NCBI GenBank assembly: GCA_003990765.1
Contig: RBNJ01000234.1
Span: 1-35,889 of the forward strand
Reading direction: 5' to 3'
Length of the DNA stretch: 35,889 nt
Source of the DNA: Jimgerdemannia flammicorona
Taxonomy: Eukaryota
Part shown: positions 1-10,782 of the stretch, in pieces
Position numbering within the stretch: the stretch's first letter is position 1
Layout of the letters: each line of letters opens with the position of its first letter
The notes under the pieces: generated by a model
Database searches by the model: none
The model's input: the letters and a program-made list of their open reading frames with translations, nothing else
Told to the model about the DNA's origin: nothing
Position numbers and translations under genes: made by a program

Positions 1-2677
1 GTTCTTGATTGTGGATATCCCTGAAGTCTGTAGCAAGTACTCCTTCATTCTGGTGCAGGATCTTGAGAAGTTGTTCCTCCAGAGGAAAGTTTTCTCCAAT
101 GGTATATGTGTGCTTGTTCTGGTCCTTTTCTTTCTTGTGTTCAAGTTTGGTAATCTTGGTGGCAGCATAGGCTCCTCTTCCAGTAGATCCAAAGCCTTGT
201 TCTCCTCTCTTGGTCTTGATAAGTTCAATGGCTTCTATGATCTTGGGTTTCTTGATTTCGTGGATCAGTATCTGGCCTATCCTGTCATGCTTCTTGACTT
301 CGAAGGGGGTGGTGTAGTTGTGATTTCTGACTATAAAGAAGATCTCACCAGTATAATCAGGGTCAATTACTCCTCCTTCAACTGAGATTTTACTTTTGGC
401 CAGACTGCTCCTGGTCTTGATAATTCCAGCATGGTTCTCTGGCAGCTTGACTCCAATTCCAGTGCCAAGTAGGGTGGTGGTCTGTGGTTCGAGGGTAGCA
501 TCTTGAATACTGGCAAGGTCCATTCCTATGGCTCCTTCAGTCTTGTATTCTGGGATCTTGGCTTCAGGGTGAAACTTCTTGATCTTGAGAGTGATGTCTG
601 ATTTTTGTTCCTCCTCATCGTCACTGTCAGCTTGAAGCTCTGGGGACTGGTCATCTTCTTCGGCTTTCCTTTTTGCTTTGGCGGCTTCTTGCTCATGTTT
701 CTGTTGGTGGATTTTCCTGACTTCACTGATACAGGACCAGCAGTCATTCAGGTGTTCAGAGCAGTACATCCTAGTACCATGGGGGCATCTTCCTTGAGAG
801 GCATAGCCATCGATGATCTTGTTGTACCACTGCTCATCTGTGAGCTTGGGTGTCTTGTTCTTGTTCTTGTTCACCGAGTGCATGAAGACCTCTGTGTCTT
901 CTTTATCTCCTTCCTCCATGTCTGGTAGAACTCCTTTGTGGACATTGATAGAGACTCATACCTTTCTCCCTCTGTAGTTGATCTGCATCTTCTGGGCATT
1001 GAGGTCAATGATGGCCTTGGCCTTGTGAAGCCATTGGTTGCCAATGAGGATGTCATAGTTGGTGGCGCTTGTAACAATCAGATCTACTGGGATGGTAGCT
1101 CCTCCTATCTTGATGGGGACTTCTCGGATTTTGCCAAGAGGGGTAGCTCATATACCATCTGCTGTGACATAGACCATCTTGGTGGACTCTTCAATGTCCC
1201 AACCTAGGCAGTCAATTGCCTTCTTGCTCATAAGGCATCCTCTAGCACCGGTATCAATGATGGCATCAAAGATACAATCTTTGATCTGGCAGGGGGTATA
1301 GGCTGATGTCTTGTGCTGGTCTTCGGATTCTTTGCCTGAGTTCTCGAATTCTTCCTGTGCATTGTGAGCTTCTACAATCTTGTACTCTTGATTCTTGGCA
1401 GTAGTTGCAAGTCCTACTCTCAACTGCTGTCTGAAGGTAGGGACTTCGGCTAGTTGTCCAAAAGTGGCATTGACCTTCTGTTCCTTGAGGTCCTTGTAGA
1501 TGTCATACTGGTGGATCTTGATCTTGTGCAGCTTCTGTTCCTTCTTACTTTCACTTTCTCCTGAGACTGGAGTAGTGTCTTCAATGATTTGGCAGGCAGC
1601 TTTGTCTAACTCTATGTCTTGATCAATCTCCTTGGGTTGGGTCTTGCTTTGAATAGTGATAGCTGGGGTCTTCTTTAGTCTTCCAACTGGCTTGCTGTTG
1701 CTCTTCTTGTCATAGGGCTTGGACTGGGTTCTGGTACCTTCAGTAGCAGGGTAGAATTCGAGCTCCTCATAATATTCTTCATCATCAGTGTCACCAATCT
1801 CCTCGATGACTACTGCATTGGTTTGTTCTCTGGTTCTACTAGCATTGCTTGGTTGAGCCTTGTGTCTTGTTTCGGTCATGCAATTCTTTGCATAGTGGCC
1901 TTCTTCTCCACATCTGAAACATGTAATATTGCATTCTTCTGTAGCGGCTGTAAATCTCTGCACTGGTCTCCTGTTGGCACTTCAGACCTCTCTAACAACA
2001 TCACCAAGGTGTGCAGTCATCTCAGCAAACTGCTTGGCGAGTTCTTCCACTGGGTCAGCTTTGGCTGTCTTGGGGGTAGGTGGGGTTGGTTGTCTGTTTA
2101 CCACTGTGGCAGGTAAGATACTAGTTGGCTTTGATGGCTCCATCTTGATGTCAGTTATTTTCTCCATTGAATGTTCGGCAGGGTGTCTGGCAGTCCAATA
2201 TCTCTGTGCAAAGACCACTTTCTGATCAAGGGTCAGTGTAGCTGGGGTAGATCGAATTGCTAGGGCAATTTCAGGGTGAACTCCTTTGAGGAAGGTTGAA
2301 TCCGCTATTTGTTCCTTGAGGCAGTCATCATAGCCAGCCAAGACAATCTAGTGACAGATTCAGGTATAGATTGAATTGGAATCTTCACTAAGTCCCTGGC
2401 AGATAGTATTGAGTTGATCCTTGAGAGCTTGCTTGATCTCTTTGGTATAATTTGTTGTTCTGAGGAAGACCTTTATGTTGGCAAGTTTGGCTGCACTAGC
2501 ATCAGCGATGGTGGCTGCATTGAACTTGTCTCTGGCAGGTCCTCTGAGGCTGACTGGTAGAAGGGCCAATTGAGCATCCACACCAAGGGCTCGTATGGCA
2601 GCGAATTGTTCAAAGTCTTCAATAAAGGTCAGGATTGACTCTTTAGTAGTATATCCATAGAATGTGGGGGGACGCAT
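1..2677 (-). pseudogene. Family A gag-pol polyprotein, copy 1 (single frame with in-frame stops)
   Basis: ORF pieces 2360-2677, 1982-2341 and 1148-1963 share one frame, which continues through PR, CPHGTRMYCSEHLNDCWSC (731-787) and dUTPase (~180-597, ending RGEQGFGSTG). The stops are TAG/TGA, as expected from C>T or G>A change. Confidence 0.9.
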
Positions 2678-2780
2678 TTCTATCTTGTCTTAAATTCTTG
2701 CAGGGGTGACTCTTGTAGTCAGGGTAGTTGTTGTGGGGGTTGTTCGTTTTTCAGCTTGAAAGTGAGGGATTTGTCTTGAA

Positions 2781-2800
2781 TCACCAGCCAATGGGCACCA
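2781..2800 (-). promoter_or_regulatory. Primer-binding-site-like sequence of family A (TGGTGCCCATTGGCTGGTGA)
   Basis: Starts with TGG 3 nt inside the LTR's terminal CA; the homolog at 22341-22360 has TGG>TAG. The tRNA primer was not identified. Confidence 0.65.
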
Positions 2801-2803
2801 AAT

Positions 2804-4376
2804 TGTCATGTAGTGGTTGCTGAGTCCTTCAAATATGCCAGATTCTCTTCAAGGTGTATCTCTTAGACTAACTCAAGTTTGTTATAAGCAAGTTCTTATT
2901 GGAGTACCTTCCCAAGGTCTTATAGTCCTCAAACTTCTTATCTTTAACTATCTTGTTATCTCTTAGATTGCTTGCAAGGAAGTGTGTAGGTGAACTTGAC
3001 TGACTTTATTTCAGAGAAAATAAGAGGGGTATTTATACAAAATATAATTCAATGGTTGCTAAGATATAAAGCTAATTATAAATTCCAATAACTAAAACTA
3101 CTAAGTTCCAGGGTCGGCACTGATGATTGTACAGGTTCAGGATGCTGATATTATCTAGTGTCACATCAAAATGCCAGTACTGGAACAATTTCACGTCACC
3201 TCAGAATACCGGTGCTGGCATTATCCAGTGTTATATGAGAATACCAGTGCTGGCATTATCCAGTGTAACAAAGAACTTAGAGCAGAAAGTTCAGGATCAT
3301 GGGGGCTTCATCATCATCATCATCACTGAAAGAGATGAGATCCACGAATTTGTTATGCAGGTCATACATTTCGCATACTTCAGGTGCTTCGGGTATGTTG
3401 CGCATCTCGCATATGTTGAAGTTGCATGAGATGATGTCATCGCCGATGATGTCATCACGTTCAGCTGTGGTGGAGAAATTGGGAACAAGATCTGGAGCTC
3501 TCTAGTCTATGAGGTTCTCTTCCACAAAATAAGGAACAAATATGGGGTCTTGGGGGGGTCTAACCCAGATGCTTGGGCCTTGGAATACTGAGATCAATCC
3601 TTGCAGGAATTGATCTGGGTTGTCCTGGAGGATAGGATGCCAGAAGTCTTCTACTTCTTCGCTGTTGAGGGTGATAGTGGACTGGGCTTCTGTAGCCACC
3701 CTGGCTTCTAGTGTATTGATATGGCAGGATGACAGGTCTCCAAAGTCTGAGACTCTCATATACTCCAAGTTGGGGATTGACCATGGTGCATGCCTGAAGA
3801 TCTGATGGATCTTCTTAGCTGTCTTTGTTTTGCATATATCCATGGGAGTGGTATCTTGTAGCTCTTGAGTGCTGGTCTGTGGGAACTCCCGGCAGAGGAG
3901 GTTTCCTATTTCATACTCCTGCCACATTTGGAGGCATTCAGTAGCAATAGTGATCCTTGTTTCCATCTCACGGCAGTAGAGGATAAAGTGATAGGGATCT
4001 GCAGTACCCAGATTGATACTAGGAGTCCTTCTTGAGCAGATCCCCATGACTCTTCTGATGTCTTGGAACATCCTTTCTTCAACCAAGGTATCTTGATGAT
4101 TCCTTGACCTTGAGGTTTGGTGGGCAGCAGGCATTTTGTTTGTGATAAGTCTTTGAGCTATTTTGGGATTAATGGTTCTTGTTGGTTGCTGCTACTGCAG
4201 TTCCTTGATCCTTCTTTTATATTCTTCAGGATGCTTGTACTGTGGTCACAATGACTCACAGTTGGTCATCATTACTCATCTCGTATGCCATATAATCTTC
4301 TTGTGCTCCGATCTGGTGGCTTGCAAGGAAAGGCTGTCTTTTGTACTGATGTCATCATTCTGGGGTCACCATTACA
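2804..4376 (-). repeat. Family A 5' LTR (1573 bp)
   Basis: TGTAATGGTGACC...ATGACA on the minus strand; homologous to 5557-7154, 7707-9342 and 22364-23935. Confidence 0.95.
3277..4134 (-). pseudogene. LTR-internal ORF (285 aa if TAG at 3502-3504 is read as Trp), function unknown
   Basis: MPAAHQ...EENLID*RAPD...DLISFSDDDDDEAPMILNFLL-TAA. The single stop corresponds to TGG in the copies at 6234-6653 and 8268-8690. Confidence 0.8.
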
Positions 4377-5556
4377 CTATATAAAGGTAGATAAAATAAA
4401 TATAAAGCCAAAGTAATTATCACTTGCTTTTAAAACTCTGATAACATTCCTTAGTACATTCTACTTACTTTTATCTATAGTCTCACTCTGTATTTCCTTG
4501 TTAGCAGCAACTGTAGAATCTATTTTGAATTTAATTAATTAACAATCCTCAGTCTTATGAAACAATTTACTTCAGCTAACTGAAAAAAGAATACATACTA
4601 TAGCAAACTCTAATATGTGCTGGATCATTATAAATATTGAGTTCTAATACATACAGACATCTAATATCAGCTCTTTCAAGACTAAACTGATTACTCTACA
4701 CTATATAGTAAATTTGTTCTATCATTATAAAGATGATCAGACCAATATAATCAGTTTATATAGCTTGAAAACAATACTTAGAGTTCTTTCACTTTTAGAT
4801 GTTTTGTCTATATATATAAGATAATTCTGAACAATAAGGTTCAGTATATGGGCCTAATAATGTATATAGTAGTTTTCTATACTAAAGGCTATATTTTTCT
4901 ATTGAAGGTTGGCTGCTAAATTTTGGAAAAACATTGAGTTATTTGTAGCATTATCTGTCATAATGATCAAAATCTATACTTGAAATTTTCAGTTGGCAAA
5001 TTTATATGAAAATAAATAACCATTAAAATCTGTTTTGTTTTAAGACTTCTCTCAAAATGCCAACCAGATAGTAAGTTCTCCCTTTTTATCTTGATTGTGA
5101 TTCCAAGCTCCTGGATATAACTAATAAAAACATCTATAATATTTTCTTCAGAATGAGGACCAGCAAGTTTGATGAAGTTAAGGGTAAGAGATTTAAGTTA
5201 CCAATTGAGATCAATTCAATGACTGGTAATTCCCAGAAATGAAATTATATTGAGGAATATCTATATATTGATTGGAAATAAAATTCTACCTGCTGAATTC
5301 TGTTTATTAAATGTGACATTAAATTTGTGAGCTCTTTTATATATATATATAATTCAGCTTACAATGGTCATAGTATTGCTTTTATTTATTTATTTTACCT
5401 AAAGTGTCTGGTGAAGATTATCATACTTCTTCCTATAGATCTCCAGGATATCTTTATGAATAGTATCAGTACTTAACAGATATAAATCATACTTGAGGAG
5501 GTCAAAGATGCTATGCAATTGATCACTCTTGATGGTTGTGAATGGTTGGTCTATAT
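4377..5556 (-). pseudogene. Decayed hAT-superfamily transposase, catalytic region (host element)
   Basis: Minus-strand translations DQPFTT..., FLGITSH*IDLNW*LKSLTLNFIKLAGPHS, IMTDNATNN, *AHILNLIVQ and LILDVCMY*NSIFIM match the hAT motifs (GITAHWID, TDNA, CxAH, DVxTRWNS). A probable intron lies at about 5303-5398. Confidence 0.8.
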
Positions 5557-5711
5557 TGTAATGGTGACTCCAGAATGATGACATCAGCACAGAAGACAGT
5601 CTTTTCTTACAAGCTATCAGATCGGAGCACAAGAAGATCATATGGCATATAAGATGAGCAACAATGACCAACTGTGAGTTATTGTGACTACAGTATAAGT
5701 ATCTTGAGGAA

Positions 5712-5719
5712 TATAAAAG
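5712..5719 (+). promoter_or_regulatory. Candidate TATA box (TATAAAAG) about 80 nt upstream of the LTR ORF
   Basis: Present at the equivalent position in all four LTRs. Confidence 0.4.
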
Positions 5720-5798
5720 AAGGATTAAGGAACTGCAGTAGCAGCAACCAACAAGACCCAACAATCCCAAAATAGCTCAAAGACTTACTATAAACGAA

Positions 5799-6653
5799 AT
5801 GCCTACTACTTACCAAACCTCAAGGTCAAGGAACCACCAAGGCACCTTGGTGGAAGAAAGGATGTTCCAAGACATCAGAAGAGCCATGAGGACCCACTCA
5901 AGAAGGACTCCTAGTGTCAACCTGGGTACTGATGACCCCTATCACTATATCCTCTACCACCATGAAATAGAAACAAGGATCACCATTGCTACCAAATGCC
6001 TCCAAATGTGGCAGGAGTACAAAATAGGAAACCTCTTCTACTAGAAGTTCCCACAGACCAGCACTTAAGAGCTACAAGATACCACTTCTATGGATATACG
6101 TGAAATAAGGATAGCTAAGAAGATCCATCAGATCTTCTGACATGCACCATGGTCAATCCCCAACTTAGAGTATGTTAGAGTCTCAGATTTCAGAGACCTA
6201 TCATCTCACCATATCAATGCACTAGAAGCCAGAGTGGCTATAGAAGCCCAGTCTACTATCACTCTCAATAATGATGAAGTAGAAGACTTCTGGCATCCTA
6301 TCCTCCAGGACAACCCAGACCAATTCCTGCAAGGGTTGATCTCAGTATTCCAAGGCCCAAGCATCCAGGTTAGACCTCTCCAAGACCCCACATTTGTTCC
6401 CTATTTTGTGGAAAAGAACCTCATAGACTGGAGAGCTCCAGATCTCCTTATTTCCGCCACCGCTAAATGTGATGACGTCATTGGCAATGACATTATCCCA
6501 CATGACATTGAAGTATATAAAATGTGCAACATTTGTGAGATGCACAACCTACACAATGACAACAATAATGATGAATTTGCAGACCTCATCTCCTTTGAAG
6601 ACATCCTGACCTCTGATAACAAAGCCCCCATGGTCCTGAACATTCTGCTTTAG
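5799..6653 (+). pseudogene. LTR-internal ORF copy (284 aa, 3 transition-type stops)
   Basis: ORFs 5799-6044 and 6234-6653 are in the same frame and end APMVLNILL-TAG. Confidence 0.78.
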
Positions 6654-6913
6654 GTCTCTTGGTTACACCGAATAATGTCAGTACCAGTATTTGATGGAAC
6701 ACTGAATAATGCCAGCCCTGGCATTTGATGTAACACTGAATAATACCAGCACTGGCATTCTAATGTAACACCAAATTATACCAGCATCCTGAACCTATAC
6801 AATTATCAGTGCTGACTCTGGAACTTAGCAGTTTTTCCTAATCTGGCATTTTATTTTAGTTATTGGAATTTATATTTAGCTTTATATCTTAGCAACCATT
6901 GAATTATATTTTG

Positions 6914-6946
6914 TATAAATACCCCTCTTATTTCCTCTGAAATAAA
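6914..6946 (+). promoter_or_regulatory. Candidate main LTR TATA (TATAAATA) followed by AATAAA
   Basis: TATAAATA at 6914-6921 and AATAAA at 6941-6946; the same layout occurs in the other LTRs and resembles a U3/R boundary. Confidence 0.45.
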
Positions 6947-7154
6947 GTCAGTTTCTCTCAGTGCAATATACAAACTTCCTTGCAAGCAATCTAAGAGATA
7001 ACAAGACAGTTTAAAGATAAGAAGTTTGAGGACTATAAGACCTTGGGAAGGCACTCCAATAAGAACTTGCTTATAACAAACTTGAGTTTGTCTAAGAGAT
7101 ACACCTTGAAGAGAATCTGGTGTATTTGAAGGACTCAGCGACCACTATGTGACA

Positions 7155-7706
7155 GTATATATAATCTGACAAATGAGTCAATTTCAAAATTCTGCTGAAG
7201 AATATAGTTAAATATTTTTAATTAAATAGGGTTATTGATATAGAAATAGTCAGACAATCAGATAAATGTACCCACTAAAGCTTGGATATCAATTTAATTT
7301 GTTTTCATATTCTTTTTAATTTTGTCAGAGTATTTGTCTTTTATATATCAATATATATTTGAAGTTGACCTACTAGGTATTTTGAACTTCTGGCTATATA
7401 GTATAAAAGGATTGATAGGAATAACATTATGTATATATCAAACAAAAACATCAGTTATATCATAAATACATCTTCTTTTTTTAATTTTTTACCTACAATA
7501 ATTACAAATAATATCATTTCCAATCTTAGTACAATGTTGTCAGATTTTGGAATAAGGATTGTATAGAAAGTGTGAAACTATCAAGAATGTTTGACTTGAA
7601 GCATCATCAGTACTATGAACTATTGAAGACTGATCTATTGATATATATATTTGCATATTTATATGTATATATGTTTATATATATATATATATATGTTTAT
7701 ATATAT
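7155..7706 (-). pseudogene. Decayed hAT transposase N-terminus (BED zinc finger) and AT microsatellite
   Basis: KI*QHCTKIGNDIICNYC, then after a probable intron STSNIY*YIKDKY (BED finger with His>Tyr transitions). The TA-rich repeat at ~7640-7706 continues at 23936-23991. Confidence 0.65.
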
Positions 7707-9342
7707 TGTCATATAGTGGTCACTGAGTCCTTCAAATATATCAGATTCTCTTCAAGGTATATCTCTTAGACTAACTTAAGTTTGTTATAAGCAAGTTCTT
7801 ATTAGAGTACCTTCTCAAGGTCTTATAGTCCTCAAACTTCTTATCTTTAAACTGTCTTATTATCTCTTGGATTGCTTGTAGGAAATTGTGTATAAGTGAA
7901 CTTGACTGACTTTATTTCAGAGGAAATAAGAAGAGTATTTATATAAAATATAATTCAATAGTTGCTAAGATATAAAGCTAAATATAAATTCCAATAACCA
8001 ATAAAATGCTGGAACACAGAAAACTGCCAAGTTCCAGGGTTGGCACAGATGGTTGTATAGGTTCAGGATGCTGGTATAATTTTGGTGATACAGGAAAATA
8101 GTGCTAGAATAATTCTGAGTCACAAGGTCAGAATGCCAGTGGAGGAACAGCTGTTATACAGAAAAAGAATACTGGAATAATTCTGAGTCACAAGGTCAGA
8201 ATGCTGGTGGAGGAATAGCTATTACATAGGAAAAGAATGCTGGCATAATTCAGTATAACTAAGGAACTTAGAGTAGAATGTTCAGGACCATGGGGGCTTC
8301 ATCCTCATCATCACTATCCTCAAAGGAGATGAGGTCTGCAAACATTTCAGTCTCATCATATAGATTATGTGTTTCACGTACTTTGTACATGTTGTGCAGG
8401 ATGATGTCATTGCCAATGATGTCATCATGTTTGGTGGCAGGGAAATTGGGGGCTCTCCAATCTATGAGGTTCTCTTCCACAAAATAAGGAACAAATGTAA
8501 GGTCTTGGGGAGATCTAACCTGGATGCTTGGGCCTTGGAATACTGAGATCAATCCTTGCAAGAATTTATCTGGGTTATCCTGGAGGATGGGATGCCAGAA
8601 GTCTTCTATTTTATCACTATTGAGGGTAATAGTGGACTGGGCTTCTGTAGTTACCCTGGCTTCTAGTGCATTGATACAGTGGGCTGACAAATCTCTGAAA
8701 TCTGAGACTCTAACATACTCTAAGTTGGAGATTGACCATAGTATATGCCTGAAGATCTGATGAATCTTCTTAGCTGTCCTTGCTTCTTATATATCCATGA
8801 GAGTGGCATCTTGTAACTCTTGGGGGCTGGCCTGTGGGAACTCCTGACAGAGAAGGTTTCTTATTTCATACTCCTGCCACATTTGGAGGCATTCAGTAGC
8901 AATAGTGATCCTTGTTTCCATTTCATAGTAGTAGAGGATAAAGTGATAAGGATCCATAGTACCCAGGTTAAGACTAGGAGTCCTTCTTGTACAGATTCTC
9001 ATGGCTCTTCTGATGTCTTGGAACATCTTTTCTTCAACTGAGGTACCTTGGTGGTTCCTTGACCTTGAGATTTAGCAAGCAGCAGGCATTTTGTTTGTGG
9101 TAAGTCTTTGAGCTATTTTGGAATTGATAGGTCTTGTTGAGTTGCTGCTACTGTGGTTCCTTGATCCTTCTTTTATATTTCTCAAGATGCCTGTACTGTG
9201 GTCACAATGACTCACAGTTGGTCATCATTACTCATCTCATAGCCTAAGTCATGCTGTATAATCTTCTTGTGTTCCAATCTGGTGACTTGTAAGGAAAGAC
9301 TGTCTCTTGTGCTGATTTCATCATTCTGAGGTCACTATTACA
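7707..9342 (-). repeat. Family A 3' LTR of copy 2 (1636 bp)
   Basis: TG...CA ends; preceded on the minus strand by the PPT AGGAGGAAGA; carries a 68-bp tandem duplication at 8102-8237. Confidence 0.95.
8268..9089 (-). pseudogene. LTR-internal ORF copy (273 aa, with stops)
   Basis: ORFs 8787-9026 and 8268-8690 are in frame with the ATG at 9089 and end APMVLNILL-TAA. Confidence 0.75.
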
Positions 9343-9352
9343 TCTTCCTCCT
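9343..9352 (-). promoter_or_regulatory. Polypurine tract of family A
   Basis: AGGAGGAAGA directly abuts the TG of the 3' LTR. Confidence 0.8.
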
Positions 9353-9669
9353 GAATAAGAATCTTCTTGAATGTCCTTATTCATTAGTTCAGTCCTGAAA
9401 AATTTGCTGATTCCATAACTTCTGATAAGAGGTCAAAAAGTGGTATTTATAGGCTGATATCTTCTCTATGTATTTTGGCATGATGGTGAAGAGTTGCTCC
9501 TTTCATATAGAGCAAGGGCCTAATTCTGATCTTGACCAATCAATTGATAGTTCAAACTCCTCTGGCTTTGAAAGTCTTATGAATGAGTAGTTGCTGGTGC
9601 CATATCCCTTAGAGAATGGTCCAGACAGATAGTCTGCTGGTTATGGGACATACTGTTACAATTCACAGA

Positions 9670-9957
9670 CTAGAATCTTGAAGCAGTTATCACATTTTGC
9701 TTCTCTTGTATAGGTTTATGGTACTTCTTAAGTCTGTTCCTATATACCATGGTAGACAGTATGGTCCCTGAGATTTTTCTAAGCCAGAAGATAGTTCTCT
9801 TGATATCTTGCATATAGAAGAGTTCTTCCTATTTGAGCTCTAGTTTTTACAACCATGAGACTTCTACTATATTTCGATATAGTAGGACCTTTTCTCCAAT
9901 TTGGATGGGTTCTAGAGTCTTGTGATTCTTTTCCACATTCTTTCTTGTCAGCACTTG
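9670..9957 (-). pseudogene. Family A integrase C-terminus (GPF/Y-like), separated from the rest of pol by element B
   Basis: The frame continues across the ACTTG TSD: ...IQIGEKVLLY...KLELK*EELFY...RNRLKKY. No chromodomain was seen. Confidence 0.75.
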
Positions 9958-10422
9958 TATAACAGTTCTAGTTTCTTTAAGAGGAAGTGGCTAAATATAG
10001 AAGTTCTAGTTGACTTAAAGTAGCTTAAAGAGATACTTAAAGGTTCAAGTGTTCTTGAAGGATTTCTGGGAGAAAATATTCTGAGCTTTATTGAGGCAGA
10101 GAACAAGGATATTAATATATGATCTGAAAGAAAGATCTGGAAGAATCTTGGAAAGAAAGAGAAATGCCAAGAAATAGGTTCTCAGCAAAGCTGACTGATA
10201 CTATTCTACAATGTTCTGAAAGGTTCCATGACTAGCTGAGACAAGATACTTGGTACCAAGGAAAGACAAGAATGTTCTAGTGATGTCTGGGCACTGAGAG
10301 AAGGCTTCTAAGCAAGTAGAAGGTGCCAGAACATAGTAGAATGTTCAAGAAATAACAAGAAAAGACTGACTAAAAGATGCAAAAAATGTACTAAGACTAA
10401 ATATGACTGTGAAATTGTTACA
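9958..10422 (-). repeat. Family B 3' LTR (465 bp)
   Basis: Direct repeat of 15594-16057; one terminal TG is mutated to TA. Confidence 0.95.
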
Positions 10423-10782
10423 TCCCTCTCTCCTTAAGAACCAATGTCCTTGTTGAGTTCTTAGGTAATACTAGGCTAGATATACTTAACCAAAATTTCT
10501 CAAACTTGAATCGGTGCATTGGTGGGGATTGGCCATCCTCATATAGAGCAGAGGGCCTATTACCAGACTAACCAACTGGGAGGGGTTCAAACCCAGCTAG
10601 TAGCTTCATTATAGTGGACTTCTTGTTCATTAAATGTTCTGCTGATTCTGGGGTCCCAAAGTAAACTTCTGATGCATAAGGCACTGGTCATTACCATAAG
10701 TCATCAACAATTCAAGAAAGTCACTACAGGGATTGAGTAATATATTTTGCCTTGAAGTCTTAAACTAGATTGAGAGTTCTTG

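Larger units (their letters stand above)
1..4376 (-). mobile_element. Ty3/Gypsy LTR retrotransposon family A, copy 1 (5' LTR, gag, PR, dUTPase; 3' part runs off the window start)
   Basis: LTR at 2804-4376 with TG...CA ends, followed on the minus strand by a TGG-starting PBS, then gag, zinc knuckle CFRCGEEGHYAKNC, protease IIDTGA and dUTPase. Colinear with 18331-23935, and the differences inspected are mostly transitions. Confidence 0.95.
5557..7154 (+). mobile_element. Family A solo LTR (1598 bp), opposite orientation
   Basis: TGTAATGG...GTGACA with hAT sequence on both sides; flanks are ATAT (5553-5556) and GTAT (7155-7158), a 4-bp TSD with one G>A change. Confidence 0.93.

Noticed and set aside
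1982..1984. TGA shared by both A copies between capsid and zinc knuckle as a programmed read-through stop
   Set aside because: Nearly all CpGs are lost here, so parallel CGA>TGA is expected, and the stop lies inside gag rather than at a gag-pol junction.
5..2225. Plus-strand hydrophobic ORFs (also 18240-19526) as env-like membrane proteins
   Set aside because: They are antisense shadows of A-rich gag-pol codons and are not maintained as a continuous frame.
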